From assembly GCA_977030845.1 (NCBI GenBank), contig OZ365115.1, positions 30,628,001-30,692,000 of the forward strand: a stretch of DNA of 64,000 nt, read 5' to 3'. The position numbers and the translations under genes were made by a program. The number at the start of each line of letters is the position of its first letter. Position 1 is the stretch's first letter. Source of the stretch: Fimbriosthenelais zetlandica. Its lineage: Eukaryota. This document shows positions 47,501-60,737 of this stretch, one piece after another. Below the pieces are notes generated by a model, which saw nothing but the letters and a program-made list of their open reading frames with translations, searched no databases and was not told the DNA's origin.

Positions 47501-50500
47501 ATCAGTATACAAATAAAACAAAAATGCCCGACCATCGCTGTTATCCTTCCACTGCTATATATTATCCCAACATCAGATAGCTTATCTATAATATACCTAT
47601 GTATACACCATCAGTATATCTGGCAATATCTCGCTTTTAAAACAAGGTGATATCTCTATTGAAGCTCCCCCTCGTGACAGATATATAAACCAGTCTCACT
47701 CCTCGTCCCTGGCTTTCGCGAGCTACTTATGGAAATAACCGCGCGACGAGGGGAGCGGGAATCAAATAACTGCCGCCTGGCAACGACTCCTGTATTGATC
47801 TATAGATGGCGGTGAGCATTATGGGAGAGGTGTCGCTGTGGACAACTGGGCAATACTTTCCTTGTGAATCCATGTATTAGATATATAAAGGATGTCGATC
47901 CTAGCTAAAAATAGAAGTTGCATTATAAATGCTCTTTTCACCGTAAAGATAGACTTTAGTCTGTCTCCACAGAAAGGGATTAGCCCAAGTCATCTTTGAA
48001 CAGTACAAAATTCTATATGATTCAATAGGGAACCATAGACATGACTGATCATATATCCCTTTCCTTTAAGAAGGATAAACATAACCGCCATATTCAGCAC
48101 ACGATCTTCCTCATACAATATAGCCTAAATTACTGGGTCTAATATCATCACTTTACCCCCATCCAACAGTCAAATCCAAGGTCCCTGCCTGGAGATTGAG
48201 CGAGAGAGGGCAGGCACAACAAAGTGTGACCTGGACGCTAAAAAACCTCCCCAGCTCTGTTTGGCGAGGGCAGATAGGGCCACTAGGGGCAGCACTAGGC
48301 CCTGAGGGCGGCCCAGAGGGCTCTACTACTGGCTGACCCTAGGTTTAGTGCCAGCGGAAAGGCAGGAATGCAAGGCTTTATAGTAGAATAACCGTCTATC
48401 CCAGGGTATCTCCAAGGATCAGCCATGCTTTTGAATGGTAATCATTTGCTGACCATTCTTATATATTCTGAAGCAGGGGAGAGCTCAGGCGGAGTGCGAT
48501 GCGAAAACTTGTACTTTCTCACAGGTACTAATGATATTAGGTCATAGGCCTACAGTTGTACATTATTCTCCTTTTTAATCAGAGGAATAGACGCTTGATT
48601 AATGTATAGGACTGCTGATTAAAAAGCTAAAGGCGAGCCGCCCATTTGTTCAATTTATTATGGAATACATCTAATAAATCCCATAATTCCCGCCTGGGTG
48701 ATAATACAGAGATGTATTACATAAATCCATCACCTCCCGTTGTAACGGGTTGTTCTCACTGCAGGCCTGGCATGCCTCTGAACTTCCGGGGAATTCGCGT
48801 TCAGGAAAGTCATGGCAGGATTTCTGTTTGTGTTTTATTGGCAGACATGAAATATGACTTGGTGTAAATGGGCGGGCATGGAAAGGGCGCCAAATGCGGC
48901 GCTGATGTCCCGGTCAATAACGTGTCTACATGATGGATGCATATCTATACAGAGTCTTTATTGTGGGTGGCTGATATTCCTACAATCAGATATCATACAT
49001 GTCTTCACATTCACAGATAGATCAGACAGTGGAGAAACATAGAGAAAGGAAGTTTAAATAGACATAGGATGCAACTAGGGCAAGCAAGTGGTGGAAGTGA
49101 CGTCGTCACAGAAATGATGACGTAGTGCGCGCAAATCATGACGTATGGCGCGAATCAAAAGTAGGTCAGGGAACCCCAAATCTAAATTTGAAAATAAAGA
49201 TGGTCGACAATGCCTATGTTAGTATATATGTTCAAAATGTTTTAGCAATAGGAAATCTGGCTGTAGGCCTGTTCATAAAGTTTGAAAATGGTTTAGTGAA
49301 ATCTAAAATCAAACAGAACACAATGGGAGATTGTGGGCAGTAGCTTGGGCCTTTGGGGAGGACTGGTATTTTATGAGCAATATAATTTCAGGACCTAATG
49401 ATGTCCGTGCCATGGCCAGTGGAGGCATTACCAGAGGGTATTTAAATGTCACACTCCTTCATGATTTATTTCTACATTTCAAATCAACAAAGTGCTCGAT
49501 GAAATTCCCAGTATGCCCATCACGTTCTCTGTCTTGGCACAGCTATGGGTATTCTGGTAAATTCAATTTTCTGTTTTGACTTAATGAAACGACCAACCAT
49601 AATAATAAAGAAAAGGACAGTGATTCATTAAATTTTCTTTCAAATTCGGAAATAGAATGGAAATGTTTTGTAAATTGATTTGATGGATTTAGAATTATAA
49701 TGGACAAGGGTAGGCTCTCTTTAATCCTCACTTAGTGAGGTCAAATTGAATGTCCTTTAATTATATTAGAACAGGATTTAAGAGCTATTGATCGTAGATA
49801 CGGAACATTTTCAACATCAAGTGGTTGAAGGACCGGTTGAAGGATAACTCCCGGAGTTATTTGAGACAGGCCTAATTTTTGTTTCAATTAATTTCAATTA
49901 ATCTTTAGCTCTGAAAGAAATCCTAGTCTGAATATAATATTCCACTTAACATAAGATTTTATTAAATAGCATTAAATAACTCCATCCACTGCAGCTGTCC
50001 ATTCAAATACATCAATATTGAACTTAAAAAATTACCTTTAATACACTAACCAGCATTCCTCTCTATAATGTTTTCACCCACTCGGGGTCGCTCCATGCCC
50101 ACCAGCCCTTTACACAAACCCACTCCCAGGTGGCACCTCGACCAGTGCCAAAAGGTCTTTTTATCATTAATTCCATTTTGCAGCAGATGTCACTGACGTG
50201 TCCAAACATATTTATTACGCAAAAATATTTTTTTTACTAGAGAAGGTTCATTCCATTTATTCACCCTGGCAAGTGACTGGAATGTGATGCTGTAATTTTT
50301 TGTTCCAAAATTATTTTGGGGTTGGACTGATTTGATGGCTTCACAAAATCTTTCCAGTCAATTGTAAAGATTTATTCTCCATGAACTTAAAAGAGTTCCC
50401 GGAACAACTGGTCCATTTGTACGAGGGAATGGGAGAAAAGAACTCTCTTTCAGTCACCTCCCCTTTACCCATATGGGGCCATAAATATCTTTTAATACTC

Positions 50501-52274
50501 CAGCTTCGCCAGTGCCACGAATTATTCAGAATTCTATTATACTTTTGGTGCCATAGAACTGAACATACTTTCCCCATTTCCCTACCTTCTCCTCCTCGAT
50601 CTCTGCTTGTCTCGCTTCCATTTGCTACTTCGTTTTTTCCTCGCTGTTACCATTTCCAGGCAATACATATAATACCAAACTCCCATTATAAACTTCACAT
50701 GGAGACGTGGGCATAAAAACCTTGTCTGCAACCTTATAGCAGATCCCATTCATCATAAAATAAAGGTTATGCCTAAAGTACCACTATATGTAGATATATT
50801 CAGCACAGGCTTTTACCATGCCACTCAAGTCTCAAGCCCCTCTTTACCCAGAAAATAAATCATAGTTGGCATCAGAGTTAAATTTGCATGAGAAAAGGAT
50901 CTAAATCTCCCTTTAATCTAAACTCAAATATCTCATTATGTTAGACTCATATCGATGGCGTTAATTCTCAATCTACATTGAAGGTATAATGGCATTAATG
51001 CAAAGTCCCTGGCTTTATATTGGGTTAGGGATCCAGGCAATTTACAGGCGACCTGCATGATAGCAGAATACCAACAATACATTTTCCTTACCCAGAACTA
51101 AAGCAACTTAAACACGCCACTCTGTGCTTCCATTAAGAGATGCTTAATTCATAGGCATATCTCCAATAAATGCGGCAAGATGGATGAGTCCCATCCGTAA
51201 CCTTCCGGGAAGGCTGGGGGCGGGAAGGGCTGGATCCTCCAAAATTAGGTCAAAGAAGGGAAAGGACCAGGGGCGAAGTGGATTTAAGGATGGATCCACT
51301 TAATTAGGCCTGTCAGAATGTGTTACAAATTCGTATCTAATTTCATAACATTGACTCTCTTTCCACTCTGCAAAGGGTGCATGACGCAGAGCAGAAAAGT
51401 GTAATTTTGACATTGCAATGATCAGAATATATGTAAAGTTTATTTATTCAAGGTAATATTGACATTGAGATAGGGGAGCAGTTGCCCTCAGACCTCCCCC
51501 AGTTAGAGTGCCTGGTCCCCACCTACTCCATCATCCTCCATGATTACAAGTGTCCATACAGAGATTGCTCTGCCAGCATTATTGGAGGCAATGGAGGGCG
51601 TCATGGGTAGAAATATATGACTATGTGCCCAGTCATATCTCAAGTAGGAAATGGTTTCATGGTCACTGATAGTAATTAATTTTCTGATTTGATTTTAAAT
51701 GAATGGCCTGTGAGTGGATGGACAAATGCATGGGTGGCTGAAATGAAAGGCGAAGAGAGAAGCCAGACAAAAGACCCAAGATTGAGGATCTCCATTGGGA
51801 AATTTATTTTGAATTATTGAAGTTCATCCATTTTCCTTAATCCAAATAGTTCTTATATCCAGATATCGATATCAGGAAGGGTGATTACACCCTTCCAACA
51901 CCATCCCATTCGTGAGAACTTGTACTGGAAAAATGAGGCGTGAGGATTGGACAGTCAAAGCCCTAGTACCAACATTCAATATTTTGCCGGATCGATCAAA
52001 TCTAATAGAGCAGGAGATTAGGAAACACTCCAGAAACCAGCAGGAGGGGAATACCTCCACCTCCTTCCACCAGCAAAGCGTTGCTGAGGGTAGGATCAGG
52101 GAGTGGAGGGTCGATATAAGAGCTCTCCTGGTGTAATGCCAATCTTCATATACTACTTACACTTCGACATAGAGACCACATACTTTCATGATCACAAGAC
52201 CTTTCCCCGAACATTCCTCAAGTGTGTACGATAGCAGGCATGTGTGGTTTGCCCTCTTCCAGAATATTCATTAG

Positions 52275-52550
52275 GACAGCTGGGAAATTGTCTTAAAGGC
52301 TTTTCAATCCCCAAAGTATAAAATATCTAAGGGAACCAGCTGCTAAAGAATTTTGGTGGATACAAATCGTTATCCCTTATTGCTGTTTGCAGATTATGAA
52401 AACTGCTAAATGGATTATCAGATTATGCGTGTATTGAGTGGAAGTGCTTGGGATTAAGGGTAATGATTGGTAGTATAATTAGTTGAATAATCAGGAGAAA
52501 TGGTTGGAAGGAAGTCTGGATACTATTCCAAGGAATTCAAGTCTTAAAAA
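52275..52550 (+). mobile_element. Possible very old LINE RT remnant
   Basis: Short peptide echoes in the expected order across frames: DSWEIV (52275), YKSLSLIAVC (52361, like YRPISLLSVC), LGIKGNDW (52447, like LGIRGxLLxW). Spacing is too short for an intact RT, so weak. Confidence 0.25.
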
Positions 52551-52576
52551 TGTGGATGGAGACACCCAATAACAAC

Positions 52577-52629
52577 GAGAGAGCAAGGGAGAGGGAGAGC
52601 TAGAGAGAGAGAGAGAGAGGGGGGGGGGG
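52577..52629. repeat. (GA)n microsatellite ending in a G run
   Basis: Directly visible. Confidence 0.9.
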
Positions 52630-53891
52630 TAAGCTGTATTATTGGCTAGGATTGTAGGAGCTAATTAAGACAATGAAAGGACACTAATTAGAGATTATAA
52701 ATGTGTTCAGTGGCAATGAAGAGATTGACCATGATAGTCCCAATAATATCTTCAAACTCATTATACTCATTGCCTCGGTTGGAAACTTGTGAATTACAAA
52801 ACTTGATCAGTTCTTTTAGGGTTTCACGTGAAATGTGTTGGCATTATACCTCGGTGTATACACACTCTGATTCCATCTACACAAGTATTATTGACCCTCG
52901 TAATATCAGATGCCACTAATTAGGCCTGTATTGACTGCCTCTGATTACCCATGTCCTCCACACTTGTCTGGGTGTTACAAGACATCAGAGCTGGATGAAG
53001 CTTGTTTGTTACACCATTTTACTCCGTGTGGGGGCAGACCTTCAATAAGAGGTAATCGATAGGTGGCGTGTAATCCATGGGTCCAGCCATAATCGATCTG
53101 AGGGCAAGCCACTGGCTTGACTGGCCCTATCAGCGGAGTGGCCTTGTATATAGGCGGGGGTGGATATGACTTAGTAAGAGGGCCTCATCCCCTTCATATC
53201 ACTGGGTGATTTCTTAACATGATCCGGACACCCACATAGGACATGCTGTCAGATTATTAAAAGAACATTTAAATGTTTGAATGACATTCTCAAACACATA
53301 TCACGATGAAATGCACTTGGAATGGGTAGATTCTTTCCTCACTTAATTCAAAGCAGTATCTTTGTTACGACAGTACCTGGATTTTTTTTTATAAATAGAA
53401 AATGTTTGCTAAGCAGAGCAGTGATGTAATCAGGTAAATGTCAGTAACTTATCAGCTTTTTAAATCGCCTAAGCCTGCCTTCACCTCGGTGAGAGGAACT
53501 GCCACTAGCTGCGCCAGTACTTGGCCACATTGAGCAGACTTGGCATTGCTGCATGCCGTTTCGCAGTCCCAGATCTCATTACAGACTACATGTGATTAAA
53601 GCTTGTCAGGACTGACTATAGTGAGGAGGGAGGGTGCTCTACTCCCTTAATCATTTTCTTCCTTCTCTACCCTCTCACTCACGCTAACACACTTACTTCT
53701 CCTTGGAAGGCTCAATATCTTCTCATATTTTATATATTGATTTGATGTGTTCTCAGCTCTGTCTCTCCACATGATTGACAAAGATATATAGGCAGGGTTG
53801 TTGGACAAATGCAGTACAAAGCAACATGGTGAACGCATTAATATACAACAGAATGAATGCATTTTAACATAATGGTTAAAGCTGCCCATCA

Positions 53892-53913
53892 ATATATATA
53901 TATATATATATAT
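53892..53913. repeat. (AT)n microsatellite
   Basis: Directly visible. Confidence 0.9.
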
Positions 53914-56900
53914 GTATACCAGCTATATTAAGTACGTATTGATCCCCTGAAAAATGTACAGCACTCTATATTTAAGCATCAACACATCTGTGTCTGCACA
54001 GAATGTACAGAGGATAGATTTGTGCACATAGATCTATGCCACCACGTTCATTCCAGTGCATAATATGTGGGACCATGCATGGTATAATTCTTGTCAGATA
54101 TGGCACTGAGTCAATACTGCTAACATAATACTGATAATACTAATACGCTTCAAAAGTCAGCTAGAAATCAGATTAAGCGTATAAAGCAGATTCATCAATG
54201 AGTATTATATTGTACCAGCCTACCTGAATGATTAGGTTATATATTCCAGTAATGGGAAGTAATTATTATGATTCGTTATATTTGGAATACCAGCATGGCA
54301 AGCACAGACAGGTGTGATCCTGAACTGACCAGAAGTATAGTTCTACTTCTAGTAGTTATACAGGTAAAGTAAATTGATATTTCATTGATGCTTCAATTAT
54401 AAACATAACTATCTGAGAATATTATGTAGGTGGTGGATTCAAATATCTGACACCTCGTGAACAATGTTCGTATGAATTAGTACTAAACATCACATTTTTC
54501 AATTAAAAGTAGAGTAATGTTATGCCATGGGTATATTGTGTATAGAAATGGCCTGGTATTTCCTAGAAAATTCTATACGTATAAAAGATTAAGTGCACGT
54601 TTCCCTTATCAAAGGATTGACATAACACACTTATGGCCAAACAAAACATGCTGAAAAGGCATTATCCATACAGAAAATACAGATATTCAAGCCTCTGTTC
54701 CTATGACAATCGACCCCCATCCCATATCCATTAATATGTCATAGATATATCCCATCTCATATAATCTATGGCACATCTGTTTTTTCTCTGATCATGGATC
54801 AGTTCAAAGCTGCCCTTATGTACTCAACTGGAAAATTGCAAGGACATGGAGTGGAATAAAATAATTAAAACTTCCTATATAATGAGATGAATTTCCAACC
54901 TAAAATGTATGTATATCAATAACGTCAATGACATAAATGCAAAGGGAGACATGTTTATGATTGTACTGTATGGTATAAATACCAGCGTGTGACCAGTTCC
55001 TATATACTGGCAGGCTTGCTTGTGGACATACATAATTAAGAGATGGCTAATTGATTATTGGTGTAGGAACAATAGGACGCCCCTGTTCTGTCAGTCTTGC
55101 TTAACCATGGGGTCAGAGGTGGAAGGGCCCTCTAGGGTATCCCAAAGCAACATGAACTATGTTTCCAATTTGAGGGAATCTTCCACAGTTCATATGCTAT
55201 GATATTTTAGGACAAAAGTTTAATTTTTAAAACTTATCTGTACCTTCTCCCGATTGTGGCCGATTTGCGAAATGACACCAAGGACTTCCATCTCTTAGGC
55301 CTTCTGGGTACGGTGTGACTCTTTACCTCGTTAAAAGTTTTCATACTTTGTGATGAAGACATTTTCTGGTACGGTACATGCGAGTCTCCCATGATTAATC
55401 CACTAACTATAGGTAATCAAGTCACTTCCTCAAGTTAATAAATCCATCACTATGTTAACTCGTAATGGTCTCATTCCAACCGATGGCCAAATGAAATGCA
55501 GTAGGCATGGGAACAACTATCAGATGAGTAGAACCTATTTGGTCCAGATATATTCACATTTGACTATTTTTATGTAAGTCTGCTGCAGACAATCACTATG
55601 TAATTCACCTTTGTGACATATCCTTGTCTAATATATTTGATATATTCTGCCCTTGTTGATCAATATCTTGCTCCGAAAAGATTCGTTTGAATCAATCCAT
55701 CAAAGGGTAAGCCTTTCTACATTAGGAATGGTTTCAAAATAGCGGCAAGACATAGAACAAAAGCCAGTGTAGCCGATCAAGGGCAACCAGGTCCGATATC
55801 ACATCATCCTTTGTGGTGTAAAAATGAATAATATATATCTGTTCTGCAGTCGATCCTAGAAAGCACTTTGTTGGTCAATCACCAACCACATCAGGGTGTT
55901 TTGGTCACAAACTGTGGGTGATATTGAAGGATGCCCATAGGACAAGTATTGGATCTTTTGTCCAGGTCCAGAATCACCATCCATCCGAGATAACATGCAC
56001 CAGTGTAATCCTGGCGTTGTATGTCTGGATGATGATAGTATATCAGCTATCTTTCCTAAAGCTGTTTTGTATGTACATCAGATGTGATCACCACTTAATA
56101 CGTCCACTGTGTTGTACATGTATATCCATTATTGATATTATTGCACTGTTTCGGGAACTAATACACTCCTCTATATACCCATCCCTTGTCATGAAAATGC
56201 AATAATCACCGACACCACTCCTCTCCTCTCCAGTGTTATTGAATCGGTGAGCAATAATTTCAATCAGTAATGCAAATATCCACGATACATTAATGTTGCA
56301 CTATAATTCGCAGATATTTCATGAGCCATAAATGGTCCACAAAGTCTCTGCAAATACTGTAGATTTGATCATCAAAACAATGAGTGTATTCCATGGACAC
56401 ACATTGAGTTAGAGTTATAGAGCATTGAATGTCAGCCAGTCAGTTAGTGATCGACCATATAGCCAGAAACTATAGACCAGCTGGTATATTGGTCTATACA
56501 TACAGCCTCCGAGGAGCCTGCATCATCTGGTGTTTGGTGGACTTAAACAATATGCTTGACCATAGGTATGTGCGCTGTGGTGGTCACTTCAATACCCAGC
56601 ATTCTCCTATTATAACGGTCAGTCTTTCTCTCCTCCGACAACAGCACAGAATCATATTCCTATAGTCTTCAATATGCCAGATGGTCTCTCCCAGTTGGAA
56701 GCTGTTGTTTGTGATTCAGGCTCTATTATTGTTAATAATTCATCAATCTCTGCTCCCGACAGATCCAGCTTTAATCCTAATGCAGCAAGAGACGACATGC
56801 AGATTTCCAGTTTAATGTTAATCATTTAATTCAGCGGAGCTTAATTTAGTGAAGTTCAAACGACATGGATGGCAGTCGTAATCAAGCTGCCATTGTTCAA

Positions 56901-57322
56901 CGCCCACGGATTAATTGGACTCAGTCGAAACAGAGCAAAAACAACCTTCACATGCTATTGTTGAAAAGACTTTCATTCTTTGAGGCGATTAACATTTTAG
57001 AGTAACCTAATAAATATAAGTCGTTTTCACTAATTAGATTTACATCGATAGCATTATCAAAAGTTTCTATATTAAAAGTTTTCTGCTTCTTGGATATTCC
57101 AGTAAGTTTTCGGGAAATAACGGTAATTTGGCTTGGTGCTTTCCCCTTCCAGAAGAATCGCCTCACATTTGTATGTTTTTTGGTTTGTTATCTACATGAA
57201 GTATCTTCTTGGAGCCTGTATATATTTCCTCTCACTCCTCCAGCATGTCCGGGTCAAGGTGTGGCAATTCCTTCCAAGGTCATCCGGGTCACCCCAGGAG
57301 GCGAAAGGCAATTAGTAAGCTG

Positions 57323-57332
57323 GCGCATGCGC
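57323..57332. promoter_or_regulatory. NRF1-type palindrome GCGCATGCGC
   Basis: Exact palindrome inside a GC-rich patch (about 57240-57420). Confidence 0.35.
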
Positions 57333-59699
57333 CTTAGACCCCCTCCTCTCAGGTCAATGTGATAGCCGTGTGGTATAGGTGGCGTTTCCTGCAGACGTTT
57401 CCCCAGGCTTTCTGAACTGAGCACTTCAGAGAAACTTATCTCAACCTTAATGACAGGTGCTTAATGGCCGGTATAGCTACAAGTAGGCTACATTCAATGA
57501 TACATTTCTCAGCAAACACCCCTCGTCCAATTACAGATTGAAAAATATCCACAGGATTTGACTTTTAAAAATTAATTTTACTCGTTCAACACACGTGATA
57601 CTCTGATGTCAAACTTGTTTAGATAGTCTTGGTGCGATTGTCAGCATCCAATGCCAAAACATGACAAGATTTAACTCACGAAATGATACAATTTACCATG
57701 ACAATCAGTTAGGAAAAACTGGCAAGCACTCACTGCCAATACTTCTTTTTTACACTATTTTTATGGGACAAAAAAAACTGTGAAAGGCGAGATGAGTGTT
57801 CCATGGAGTGATGTTTTTTTGACCATTGATAGTATAAAACAGTTGTTCCTTTAGAGTTTCAGGGGGACTGGCCAAGTGTCATTGGATCTTGATTTCGGAG
57901 CGTGCTGATTGTCTTGACAACACCCTGGAGGTGAGAGATCCACTCGGTACAAGGCACAGGAGGAGAATTAAACTGGTTTACAGGTATACAAATAAACCAC
58001 TCATCAACACGGGTGTGACCAGCCTACACAATGTACTCTCCATATAATCCAGTACGCTTATAATCGTAGGCTGGATGGTGGAAGGTCGTAAGGTCGACTA
58101 CTGGAATGTACTAATTGGTTAATGTCTTTGACCAGCATCCTCGGAGCATATTAGTACGGGATGGGTATTCATGAGTAACATGAATGCAAACTACATGAAC
58201 ATCAGCTTGTATTAATTACTAGAGACTGTTTATGGTAGAAATACCAATGGTTAGTGTTTCCGTAATTAGAAAACACATTGATATTGAATATTGTTACAGT
58301 GAAACAATAGTTTCTATAGGGGCAACAATCCTTTTTCCAGGCTCCAGTGCTTCTTTTTCAACTGATCTTCGCAGTTGGATAGCTTCCACCAAGTTGACAG
58401 TAATGCATCAACTTTTTCGCAGGCATAACACATGCTTTAGTTATGACATATCACTTGTTTGCCACTAATGCTCGGGTCGAGTCAGGCTTTAGCTTTTTTA
58501 CAGTTGGGGGAGAAAGTAGTACAAATATCACTGGGTTGGAGTTTTTCCTAAGTTCAGTTTAACACAAACTTGGATCGTCTTCAACAAGTGATCCAAAAAG
58601 CTGAAGAGTCAGATTTGCAAATCCTACCATGAAAGGCACCTTCCAGTGGAGCTATATGCGAAAAAATAACAGTATTCATAGAGAGTATCGGACTGTTATC
58701 TATTGTGAAAGTATTCCTTTTGAATCCATCCAAGAAGAAATTTTCCTTTCATCTTCGAAATAAAGCCTTGAATAGATGGGCGGGATGGAGTACTTGCAGA
58801 GAGGTGTTTCTTTCCTTCTATAGGACAGCTCCATTGCTTGTATAATTGCCTGGCCTGCTGGTTTATGTGTACGTGGGTCTGTGTGGTTAAGGGGGCGATG
58901 CTGTTGTTTCCTTTGGTTTCCTCCTGTGTTCCTCCTCCTATTACTAATACTCCTCCAGTGTTTTCCTCCGGTGAATGACCTCAACAGACGATGTGTCTCC
59001 TTCCTGCACGATCTCCCACTCTCACCTCCTACATGGGACAGCTCCTGATGACGGGAGAGGGGGGACTGGCTGCAATGCCCGCAATAGGCCAAGTACTGCT
59101 GTTTACAAGGTAAACGCTTGGCTATAACAACCAAGCAAAGAAATTGATCCTAAAGTAGTACTACTTCTTCCTTCTCCTATCCATCTCTAATGTAAACATC
59201 CAATACAAACACCATCAACAATTAATCGTCTTAGCATCTAATCTGAGCTGTGGATCTTTTTCTCTGTAGTTTCTGTAGGAAGTTTATGATCTGTCTATTA
59301 ATCCTGTGTGATTCACTCCTCCTGGTTATTGTCTACTCCAGCAGGTTCTCCTCCTTCTATATCTCCTTTCATTTCCCCAGTACACAGATGATCCCTGGAC
59401 TAGGCCTTGGTATTCCATTCATTGAAGGATCCGGAAAAGACAAGATGCTTTCTTCGAAGCATTCCCCTCATCCCGGAACTACAGCATCTGCATGCCTCCC
59501 TCAAATGCTCTGACATCCCTCTCTCCTCTAGCATCCAGGCGTGACTGTCTTGCCACTCGCCTGTCACAGTCTATACTGTATCCTCTCCCTCGCCATACCC
59601 CCCATTTACTATAGTTCTCTCTTTCTAGGTCTCTCACACTCAAGAGCCTCTTCGCAGTGCATCCCCGAGAAGGCAGTAGTTAGGACTGTTTCTAGTTGA

Positions 59700-59960
59700 T
59701 CAATACTCTCCGCTGCAGTGCTGGCTGACTGTCAGTCAGTGGTAGCTGAGAGGGAGACGGGGAGAATGAGAGAGATCCACCACTGAGCGTTTCAAGACTA
59801 TAGGCGCCACACAACACCCAGCTAGCCACTGACGCTTATAACTACTATAAGCGTCTCCCTCCTCAGCTCGATGCTACTCCTTCCCCCTATACAGCTCCTC
59901 CTATCCCTCGCCCCCCCCCCCCCTCCTGAGCTGCTCGCAAGTGCCTTCAGTCCTTCCACC
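59700..59960 (-). promoter_or_regulatory. Candidate distal promoter / first-exon region of RAP1GAP
   Basis: GC/CpG-enriched, palindromic TATAAG pair at 59831-59855, several TCAGT initiator-like words, and a long purine-rich UTR-like sequence downstream on the minus strand. Not confirmable from sequence alone. Confidence 0.3.
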
Positions 59961-60723
59961 ATTGGATCTCACATGCTCCCATCAAGGAGGCGCAAACCGA
60001 AGCTAAATCACTTCTACTTTGTGGGCTTCATATATCAATCTGTGGTTTACCAAACTCAATAAGCCAAAAGCCCTCAATGATTGGTATATATCCTCAGGAC
60101 CAATCCATCAAGATATCCATCATTTTAAAGGGAACTGCCATTTATGAAATGGGATGCCTTTACTGAAAGAAATCCAGATGGTCACATGAAGAGTGCATTA
60201 TTTTAAAAGCCCTTCCATGTATATACATTGCGCATCTGTTTCACATCTTCGTAAGTCAGATTTTACATGACTCGATTTTACTTCTCCCTTCTCTGGGATC
60301 TAAGGCTGACCTTAGACATTTCAGGCTTCTTCCCCCAAAATATAACCGACTGCCAACCAAAATAGATCCGACCATGGAAGTCAAAGGTTTGTTCACTGAT
60401 TGGCCAAATAACGTTTTGTGGTTTTCCCAGTGACGGCTAGCCTTTCTTTAGTCTGGTCTTTGTGTGGTCCACTTACCCATAACCCGTGCTAATGTTACTA
60501 TAATAGCTCTCATAAAGGATATTGCATTCTCAAGTTAGCACAATTAAAATACCGTGCCAGACTTTCTTCCTTATACCTTGCAGTCCATACTTCCTGATTC
60601 AACACTTCCTTGTTTGCTTCCCAAAATTCATTTTCCCCAGATACTGTATTTTAATGTTTAGCAGCGGGAGATAGACCCATCTCCCACGTGTCATCTCTAT
60701 AGTGTCCAGTGGCTAGTGGCCTG

Positions 60724-60737
60724 GTACCCATGGTAAC
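60724..60737. promoter_or_regulatory. RFX X-box-like (GTACCCATGGTAAC)
   Basis: One mismatch to the consensus. Confidence 0.4.

Noticed and set aside
50381-50440. FPEQLVHLYEG as an RTE RT fragment
   Set aside because: Too short, with no neighbouring RT motifs.
58290-58640. Harbinger/PIF transposase-like words (EDDP...LRK; EALEPGKR)
   Set aside because: Matches are short, interrupted by stops, and much further apart than in an intact transposase.
58700-59134. 144-aa minus-strand ORF as a RAP1GAP first coding exon
   Set aside because: No ATG for the first 100 codons, no strong donor in a compatible phase, no family similarity. More likely UTR or chance.
59153-59166. 14-bp perfect palindrome AAGTAGTACTACTT
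   Set aside because: A few palindromes of this length are expected by chance.
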